Below are positions 55,030-64,000 of a stretch of 64,000 bases of DNA, piece by piece. Below the pieces are notes generated by a model. That model had not been told where the DNA came from. It ran no database searches and saw only the letters and a list, made by a program, of their open reading frames with translations. A program made the translations under genes and the position numbers. This DNA comes from Erysipelotrichaceae bacterium. GTDB taxonomy: Bacteria > Bacillota > Clostridia > TANB77 > CAG-508. The stretch is taken from NCBI GenBank assembly GCA_021769225.1, contig JAETTH010000001.1:7449-71448 (forward strand), in the 5' to 3' direction. Positions within the stretch are counted from its first letter, which is position 1. Each line of letters starts with the position of its first letter.

Positions 55030-58000
55030 TTATTCTACACTTTTTAATGATTCAATCATATCAATTTTCTTTAGTGTAAAATAGGTTGCAAAATTAACAA
55101 TCAGTGTAAAGATAACGGTAATTGCAATTGCATATAAATAGCTAGTTGGTTTTACTACTTTATCAAACATAACCATATCTAATTCACAGGTTTGAATAAT
55201 AAATAGATTTAAGAAATAGCCTGCAAATAGTCCTAATGCAATTCCTATAATGGTTAAAAGTACGGTTTCTCTTGTAATATAATTGTATACTTCTTTATCA
55301 TAAAATCCTAATACTTTAATTGTTGCAAGTTCACGAATTCTTTCACTAATATTAACATTTGATAAATTATATAGTACTACAAAAGCTAGAAGCCCTGCTG
55401 ATATAATTAATACCCAAACAACAAAATCTAAGTTATTCATAACATCATCAAATAGGTTTTCAGCTGTTGAAGTAAGGGTTACTGATGAAATTTCATCTTG
55501 CTCTAAGATATCTTTTGCCATTGCTTCTTCCGATTTTTCATCTAAGTTGTTACTAATACCAAGTAAAACATTGTATTTTGGTATTTCATCAAATGTATCT
55601 TGATATAGCTTTGGTGACATATAGATATAGTGTAGTAAATAGTTTTCAGTAATGTTTCCTACCGTTACTTCTTTTACAACCTCATCTGTATTTTTAATGC
55701 GAATAGTATCTCCTACTTTTATATTTAGTAAGTTTGCTAATCTCTCTGTTATAATAATATGATTATCATCTAAGGTATATCTTTCTTCTTTGGTTCTTGA
55801 CTTTAAGGAAATAAAGTTATCTAATTCTTCCACATTTTCAGGAATAATTAATTGAACACTTTGTGTACTTTCATTTACTTCAATAGATTGCATATTTGTT
55901 TTTAAAAGTCGCGTTATTTCTTCTCTTTTTGATAATTCTTCTACTTTTTGATTTATTTCGTCTCTTGTCAAATCATCTTTTAAATTAATTTGAACATTAT
56001 ATTTGAAGATTTCTCCATACTGTGATGGTATCATATAGCTGATTGAATCTCTTAATCCAAATCCTGCTACAATTAAAGAGGTACACCCACAAATTCCAAT
56101 GATTGTCATTAAAAATCTTTTTTTGTATCGAAATAGATTTCGAACAGTTACCTTTTGTGAGAACTTTAATCTTGACCAAATAAACGGAATTTTTTCTAAA
56201 AATACTCTTTTCCCCATTTTCGGTGATTTGGGTCTCATTAAAGATGCTGGTGTTTCTTTTAATTCATTAATACAAGCATATATGGTTGCTCCACAAGTAC
56301 AAGCTGTTGCAATTCCTAATCCTAGGATACCATAATACCAATTAAAACTTATTATTGTCTCTGGAATTGTATACATCATGCCATACATGTCAATAATAAT
56401 TGCTGGTAAGAAGTAAAATCCAATTGTCATTCCTATTATACTTCCTAGAACAGTAGCTAAAAATGCGTAGTTTATATATTTTCCTGCGATTTGAATCTTG
56501 TTATATCCTAATGCTTTTAGTCCTCCAATTTGCACTCTTTGTTCTTCTACCATTCTTGTCATAGATGTTAAACTAATTAATGCTGCTACTACAAAAAACA
56601 CGATTGGAAATACTTTTCCGATATTGGCAATTCTTTGAGTATCTTGTTTATAACTAACATATCCAGGGTTTGATTCTCGATCTAATATGTACCAATCTGG
56701 CTTTTTGATTTCTTTTAAGTCATCTTTTGCTTGTTGTAATTTCTCTTCTGCTTCCTTTATTTTTTCATCTGCTTCATTTCTTGCATCTTCTAGCTTTTTC
56801 TCGTTTTCTGCAAGTTCTGTTTCTCCATTTGCTACTTGTCTTTTACTGCTTTCTAGTTTAGCATAGGTTGTTTTTTTAGTTTGTGCTAAAGTATTTTTTT
56901 GAGTTATAAGTTCTGTTTCTGCTTGTTTGATTAACTGTTCATTTTTACTTATTTCTGCTTTTCCTGTTTGTATCTGTTCTTGTATTTTTGTAATATTTTC
57001 TTTTAAAGTAGTAATCCCAGCTACTGTTTCTTCTTTTTTCTGATTTAATCCAGCTAAAGTTGTTTCCACTTTTGTTATAGAAGCTTTTGTTTGATTAATT
57101 TGTTCTTGTAATACTTGTTTTTCTTGTTCAGTTGTAGCATTTTCTAAAGCTGTTTTTAGCTGTAAAAGTGCTGTTTCTAAATCTTTTTTTCCTTTTTGTG
57201 CTTGTATAATAGCTTGATTTATGGTATCTAGTCCTTGATTTGCAGTTGCTAATTTTGTTTGTAAATCTGTTAAATATCCCATCGCTTCTTCTAGTTGTTT
57301 TTCAGCTTCTGCTTTTCCTGCTTCAAATTCTTTTTTCTTACTTGCTAAAGTGTCTTCTGCTTCTTTTATCTTTTTATCAGCTTGTGCAAATTCTTTATCT
57401 GCTTTTGCTTCTCCATTTTTAATTTCCACTTTTGCATTTTCTAATTCTTTTTTTGCTTCATCTATCTGTCTTTGTGCATCTGCTATTTTCTCCTCTGCTT
57501 TTTTCTTTTCTTCTTCCAATGTTTTTTCTGCATCTGTTATTTTAGTTTGTGCTGGCTCTAAAATCTCGTTATATCTTTCTTCTCTTCTTTTATCTGAGAT
57601 TTCCTCTATTTTATCTTTTACTTCTTTTACAACATCTTCATATTTTTTATCAAAAGAAGATAACTCTTTTGCTCCCTCTACTGTTAGATAAATGCTAGTA
57701 TAAATATCAGAATTAATTGACTCTTTTGGTAAATACAAATAGTAATTAACTTTTCCAGCTCCTAGCTTACTAGTACCTCTATCTCTAGAAATATATAAAG
57801 GGGAACGAACGGTTCCTACAATTTTTACTTGATTATTTTTTAGTAATTCTTTTTCATTTCCTTCATCATCTGTAATCTTTTCTGGAAGAATTGTAATAAC
57901 ATCTCCCAAATTATGTCCAGCATACTTTAAAAAGGCTTCTTCTACTACGCATTCATCCTCTTTTTCCGGAAACCTACCCTCTACTAATTCTACTTGATTA

Positions 58001-58339
58001 ATTTCTTGAGGAAGTGTATAAAGTTTAAAAACAACATCCTCTTCTTCAACCGCTACAATAGAATCTGCACTATAACTTCCTTCTACCTGCTTTACTCCTG
58101 GTATACTCTTTAATTCTTCAATATCTTTTCCGAGTTAATCCCAATGTGGAAATCAGCTCAATATCCATCACATTAGTAGCATTAAAATATTGATCTACTG
58201 TATCTTCCATATCAGGGCTTGTCGCTTTAATACCTGCGAAAAAACCTACACCAAGAAGAACAATTAGAAGAATCGAAAGAAAACGCTTAAAGGAGTTTTT
58301 TATTTCTTTTATATTCTCTTTTAAAAGGGTTTTGCTCAT
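55030..58339 (-). pseudogene. Double-FtsX (MacB-like) ABC permease with giant coiled-coil ectodomain, interrupted by a +1 frameshift near 58130
   Basis: The 73-codon N-terminal ORF (58118-58339: TM1, ...STLGLTRKRY-stop) and the 959-codon ORF (55030-57909) belong to one protein. The downstream frame is open from 58134 and reads GKDIEELKSIPGVKQVEG... Removing one nucleotide at CTCGGAAAAG restores about 1103 aa. Confidence 0.7.
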
Positions 58340-58340
58340 T

Positions 58341-59042
58341 TTACCATTCTATCCTTTCTATTGGTGTTGGATTTTCATTAATGATAATATTTTCAGCACA
58401 ACCATTACGAAAATGAATTACCTTATCTGCCATTGGTGCTAAACTAGAATTATGGGTAATGATAATAACTGTCATTTTCTCTTTTCTACAAGTGTCTTGT
58501 AATAGTTTTAAAATTTGTTTCCCAGTGTTATAGTCTAAAGCTCCTGTTGGTTCATCACATAATAGTAATTTAGGATTTTTAGCAATTGCTCTTGCAATTG
58601 CCACTCTTTGTTGTTCTCCACCAGATAATTGAGATGGGAAGTTTTTCATGCGATCAGCTAATCCTACTTTTTCTAAAATATTCTTAGGAGAAAGTGGGTG
58701 TTTGCAAATTTCTGTTGCTAATTCTACATTTTCTAAAGCTGTTAAATTTTGTACTAAGTTATAGAATTGAAATACAAATCCAATATCTTCTCTACGATAT
58801 TGGGTTAATTCTTTTGCATTTAAATTTGTAATTTCTTTTCCAGCTACTGTTACAGTTCCTGATGTTGCAAAATCCATGCCTCCTAAAATATTTAAGGCTG
58901 TTGTTTTACCAGCACCACTTGGTCCAACAATAACAACTAACTCTCCTTTTTCAATGGAAAAGTTTGTTTTATTTAGAGCTGTAATAGTTATTTCTCCCAT
59001 TTTATATTCTTTTATTACATCCTCAAAGGTAATATATGACAT
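58341..59042 (-). CDS. ABC transporter ATP-binding protein (MacB/LolD-like)
   Basis: Walker [10 protein letters not shown], signature LSGGEQQR, Walker [18 protein letters not shown] ribosome-binding site. Confidence 0.92.
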   Translation of the reverse strand: MSYITFEDVIKEYKMGEITITALNKTNFSIEKGELVVIVGPSGAGKTTALNILGGMDFATSGTVTVAGKEITNLNAKELTQYRREDIGFVFQFYNLVQNLTALENVELATEICKHPLSPKNILEKVGLADRMKNFPSQLSGGEQQRVAIARAIAKNPKLLLCDEPTGALDYNTGKQILKLLQDTCRKEKMTVIIITHNSSLAPMADKVIHFRNGCAENIIINENPTPIERIEW

Positions 59043-59159
59043 ACTTTTTTCCTCCAGATAATAGTCTATTCTTTCACACTTGTATTATATAACACTTAAA
59101 TTAGCCGAAGCAATAAAATGCACAGAAAATTCACAAAATTGTTTTACTTTTTTAGGTAT

Positions 59160-59186
59160 GAGAAAAAGCGTGTTTTAAGACACGCC
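59160..59186 (-). terminator. Rho-independent terminator
   Basis: Stem GCGTGT/ACACGC, 6-nt loop, TTTTTCTC on the minus strand. Confidence 0.65.
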
Positions 59187-59226
59187 CACTATTTTCTCTA
59201 TTTTTTATGACTATTTTGTTTCTTTT

Positions 59227-59469
59227 CTATTGTTGTTTTACCACATATTCTATATTTTCCATAAATGGAAACATTTCTTTTACTCTTGTTAAAGTAATCA
59301 TTGCCATCCTTGGTTGTGGATTTTTATCATGAACTGATAATAATTTTTGAGTATAACAATTTTCTGTAGTCTTGAATAACAAATAACGATTTTTTACATA
59401 AGTAAAGTGAAACTCAAAGCCATTATCAAGCTCCTCTAGAAATTGATCAATTGTATATTTCCCGTCCAT
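59227..59469 (-). CDS. Hypothetical 80-aa protein downstream of ligA
   Basis: ORF 9 nt after the ligA stop, preceded by AAGGAG. No family recognised. Confidence 0.5.
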   Translation of the reverse strand: MDGKYTIDQFLEELDNGFEFHFTYVKNRYLLFKTTENCYTQKLLSVHDKNPQPRMAMITLTRVKEMFPFMENIEYVVKQQ

Positions 59470-59478
59470 ATATTCTCC

Positions 59479-61509
<2,031 letters not shown>

Positions 61510-61534
61510 TTAATGTTCTTTTCTTATTTTCTCT

Positions 61535-62128
61535 TTAATCTTTTAATAATTCTTTTCCATTTTTTAAATAGTCCCATCCGGAGAAAATAGTTGCAATTAC
61601 AGATACCAACATTAAAATAGTTGTTACTATATTTAGTCCTAATGCAAATCCAGTTAAGTTTCCACTGAAAAATGCTCCAAATGCATTGTTATCTAAAAAT
61701 GCTAATATGATAGCAATCATTTGTGTCACTGTTTTTAACTTTCCCCATATAGATGCTGCTATTACTTTTCCGCCTTTCTCCACTGCTACTAAACGATATC
61801 CAGAAACAATAAATTCTCTTGCTACTACAATGATAGGAATCCAAGCAGGTAGTCTTGTTATTTCTACTAACATAATCATGGCGGCTAGCACTAAAATTTT
61901 ATCTGCTAATGGATCAGCAAATTTTCCAAAGGTAGTTACTTGATTTGTTGAGCGTGCTATATATCCATCTAGTTTGTCTGTAATGGATGCTATGATAAAA
62001 ATTAAATCTACAATTAAATATGTAATTGGAATTCCCAATACTTCTCCTTGTATATTAAAAAATGGGATAATTACCATAATTGGTACTAGTATAATTCTAA
62101 AAATAGTTAGTTTGTTTGGTAAATTCAT
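61535..62128 (-). CDS. pgsA: CDP-diacylglycerol-glycerol-3-phosphate 3-phosphatidyltransferase
   Basis: CDP-alcohol phosphatidyltransferase motif DKLDGYIAR...G...DPLADK. 197 aa, polytopic. Confidence 0.88.
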   Translation of the reverse strand: MNLPNKLTIFRIILVPIMVIIPFFNIQGEVLGIPITYLIVDLIFIIASITDKLDGYIARSTNQVTTFGKFADPLADKILVLAAMIMLVEITRLPAWIPIIVVAREFIVSGYRLVAVEKGGKVIAASIWGKLKTVTQMIAIILAFLDNNAFGAFFSGNLTGFALGLNIVTTILMLVSVIATIFSGWDYLKNGKELLKD

Positions 62129-62281
62129 ATCAGTGTTTTCCTCCTAATTTTTCTTTTTTAATTTCTTTAACATTATATACAAAATTCTAAAAAAAAGAAA
62201 TAGGTTTTGGAAATTTGTCTCTTTACTTTTTTATTTTTTCTTCTTGTTTTAACTATTTTTATTTTTCACTTTTTGTTTATT

Positions 62282-62573
62282 TTATCTACTTTGCTGAACC
62301 ACATCTATAACATCTGCAACAAACTGTCCGAATAATAGGAATATTTAAAGCTATAATTTTTTGCAAAATAAAGATAATGATGGCTGTTATAATGGTAAAA
62401 CCAATTCCGATTCCCATGCCTTTAAAAATGCCACTAAAAAAATTTCTTAGAAACATTTCTTTTCGATTTCCTAATAGTTCTGCAAAGTCTATTATATTAT
62501 TCTTAGTCATTAAATAGTTTAAGTTGTCTATATTTTGATATAATTTTTCTACTAGCCTTTTTCGAATCCACAT
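62282..62573 (-). pseudogene. DUF5665-like small membrane protein with a C-terminal +1 frameshift
   Basis: The ORF-track product ends ...LNIPIIRTVCCRCYRCGSAK. Skipping one nucleotide at ATTATTCGGACAG (CGG at 62330-62328) gives ...LNIPIIGQFVADVIDVVQQSR-stop (TAA 62282-62284). This fits my recollection of the family C-terminus (LN.P.IG.FIA.IV.IVQ). Confidence 0.55.
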
Positions 62574-62574
62574 A

Positions 62575-62609
62575 AAAATACCACCTATTTATATGGTGGT
62601 ATTTTTTTT
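62575..62609 (-). terminator. Terminator hairpin after the UPF0182 gene, abutting the next gene start
   Basis: 10-bp stem AAATACCACC/GGTGGTATTT with T-runs on both strands. The 3' arm contains the only SD-like GGTGG, 7 nt upstream of ATG 62573. Confidence 0.65.
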
Positions 62610-62634
62610 CTTTTCTATTCATTTTTCTTAGATT

Positions 62635-64000
62635 TTACTCTAAAGCATTGGTTATATAACTGTTTTGATTAATTTCATTTGAATTAATTTGATTACCTGT
62701 TACATTGGTGTTAATTTGATTAGCTTCTTCCTCTTCTTTTTTTAATTGCTCTAATTTATTAATTAATTCTTGTAGCTTTTTCATATCCTTACCAATTAAT
62801 TCCCAATCATTATTAGTATTAGAAGCTGTTAGATTATTATTTGCCTTAATGATTGCTTCAATTAATCCTTCAATATCATCCGTATTTTCAATTTCAATGG
62901 ATCCTGCATATTGAGATAATAAATTCGTTAGAGCTTCTCGTAAGTTATTTCCAATTGCTACTTTATTTCCAGATGCTACTACAATCTTCTTTAATACCGG
63001 TACATCAGATTCATTTAAGTAAATTTGATAAATCGGCTCTACATAAAGAATTGTATTTCCTAATGGTACCATCATAATATTTCTTACCATTTTAGTTCCA
63101 CTTACATTTAGGCTTGCAATTTCTTGTGCAATTTGGTCATCCTGATCTAATTGTGTATCTAGCTGCATTGGTCCTAAAATGTTAGTATCTGCATTATATT
63201 TATATAACTGTAATTTGGCAACCGAGCTTCCTTCTTCATATGTTCCTACTAAATAGGAAATTAAATTTTGTTTTCCTAGTGGTGTATATGGAAGGATTAA
63301 TCCTAATGTAGTATCTTGCTGATTTTCTAGTTTAATCATGGTATAGTATGGTTCAATTGGTGTTCCTGTTTTTGTTGCAACTTTTGTGCTATTGTGAGTT
63401 CCAATTGTCCATACGTCATCTTCACGATATAGGACATCTGGTTGTACATTGTGATATCTTGCTAAAATATCTGCTTGTATTTCATATAGAAATTCAGGGT
63501 ATACAAAATGCTTTGCAATATCTTGTGGAATTGTTTCTTCTTTATCTTTAAATAATCCTTGATATGCTTTTTGGTATGCCATAATAATTGGGTCATTTCT
63601 ATCAGTAATATAGAAGTCTACTGTACCGTCATATGCATCAATTAGTACTTTTACTGAATTTCGAATATAGTTGATTTCTTGTTTTGATCCATTATGTGTG
63701 ATGATTGTTCTTTGTGAGTATGGATATTGGTTTGATACTGTATAGGCATCTAGTACCCATACTAACTTACCTTCCTCTGTAATAACTAAGTATGGATTTT
63801 CATCGTACATTAGATATGGCATGACTTTTTTTGCTCTTTCTATAATGTTTCGATTGGTTAGAATTTTACTTTGACTATTTACATTTCCTGAAAAAGCTAG
63901 GTTTATGTCTCCTACTTTTAATCCTAAAACAAATCTGTCAAAGAAATTTAAGTTTAATCCAGCAGTACCATCATAAGTATTTTCTGCATTTTCTGCATTT
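62635..64000 (-). CDS. UPF0182 family large membrane protein, C-terminal part (5' end beyond window end)
   Basis: My translation stays in frame from position 64000 (NAENAENTYDGTAGLNLNFFDRF...NRNIIERAKKVMPYLMYDENPYLVITEEGKLVWVLDAYTVSNQYPYSQ), matching the conserved UPF0182 C-terminal region. Confidence 0.8.
   Translation of the reverse strand, partial: NAENAENTYDGTAGLNLNFFDRFVLGLKVGDINLAFSGNVNSQSKILTNRNIIERAKKVMPYLMYDENPYLVITEEGKLVWVLDAYTVSNQYPYSQRTIITHNGSKQEINYIRNSVKVLIDAYDGTVDFYITDRNDPIIMAYQKAYQGLFKDKEETIPQDIAKHFVYPEFLYEIQADILARYHNVQPDVLYREDDVWTIGTHNSTKVATKTGTPIEPYYTMIKLENQQDTTLGLILPYTPLGKQNLISYLVGTYEEGSSVAKLQLYKYNADTNILGPMQLDTQLDQDDQIAQEIASLNVSGTKMVRNIMMVPLGNTILYVEPIYQIYLNESDVPVLKKIVVASGNKVAIGNNLREALTNLLSQYAGSIEIENTDDIEGLIEAIIKANNNLTASNTNNDWELIGKDMKKLQELINKLEQLKKEEEEANQINTNVTGNQINSNEINQNSYITNALE

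Noticed and set aside
57240-57691. Plus-strand ORFs of 60 and 113 codons, and repetitive-looking DNA inside the permease gene. Considered as a tandem repeat or a separate gene.
   Set aside because: The repetitiveness is the codon-level signature of the E/K/A/Q coiled-coil on the minus strand. No exact tandem unit is visible, and the antisense ORFs encode Ser/Phe/Leu low-complexity sequence.

Overview
About 64 kb of a low-GC chromosome (under about 30% GC by eye, not computed). It looks like a Firmicutes genome (Clostridia or Erysipelotrichia type) using the standard bacterial genetic code. About 66 of about 70 genes lie on the minus strand.

Left third (1-17.5 kb), accessory and regulatory genes:
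- a Bce-type peptide-antibiotic sensing and detoxification module (response regulator, intramembrane-sensing kinase, ABC ATPase, BceB-like permease) with BceR-box motifs at both promoters;
- two paralogous YtrA/GntR + ABC ATPase + ABC-2 permease operons, each with its own palindromic operator over the -10;
- an ECF sigma / anti-sigma pair;
- two membrane-anchored XRE regulators, each paired with an NTF2/SnoaL-fold protein;
- a WYL-regulator / Fpg-Nei glycosylase / two GyrI-like gene cluster tied together by a shared 17-nt operator.

Middle (17.5-31 kb):
- housekeeping genes lgt, smpB, fba and a glmM operon;
- a compositionally atypical beta-CASP metallo-beta-lactamase (MBL) gene;
- a helD helicase cassette bracketed by an intact and a deleted copy of a DUF1540 gene;
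- a peroxiredoxin.

Right (31-55 kb): a roughly 23-kb capsule/exopolysaccharide locus.
- It encodes an LCP (LytR-CpsA-Psr) protein, a CapD-like dehydratase, the initiating sugar transferase, the FnlABC L-FucNAc pathway, four to five glycosyltransferases, Wzy, Wzx, a pyruvyl transferase with an FrhB-like partner, an Alg13/14-like pair, and CpsC/D/B.
- A decayed second initiating transferase sits at its edge.

Far right (55-64 kb): a MacB-type ABC pair, ligA, pgsA, a DUF5665 gene and a partial UPF0182 gene.

I recognised no rRNA, tRNA, CRISPR array or IS/transposase.

Most notable observations:
- the WYL/Fpg/GyrI candidate genotoxin-response module;
- two unrelated genes, each interrupted by a +1 frameshift at an in-frame CGG codon followed by A, in a window where CGG otherwise occurs in frame only in the atypical MBL gene;
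- an acyltransferase with no canonical start codon;
- a BY-kinase (bacterial tyrosine kinase) with a long tail after its tyrosine cluster.

None of these is proven to be a new system. All coordinates and motifs come from manual reading and need computational confirmation.
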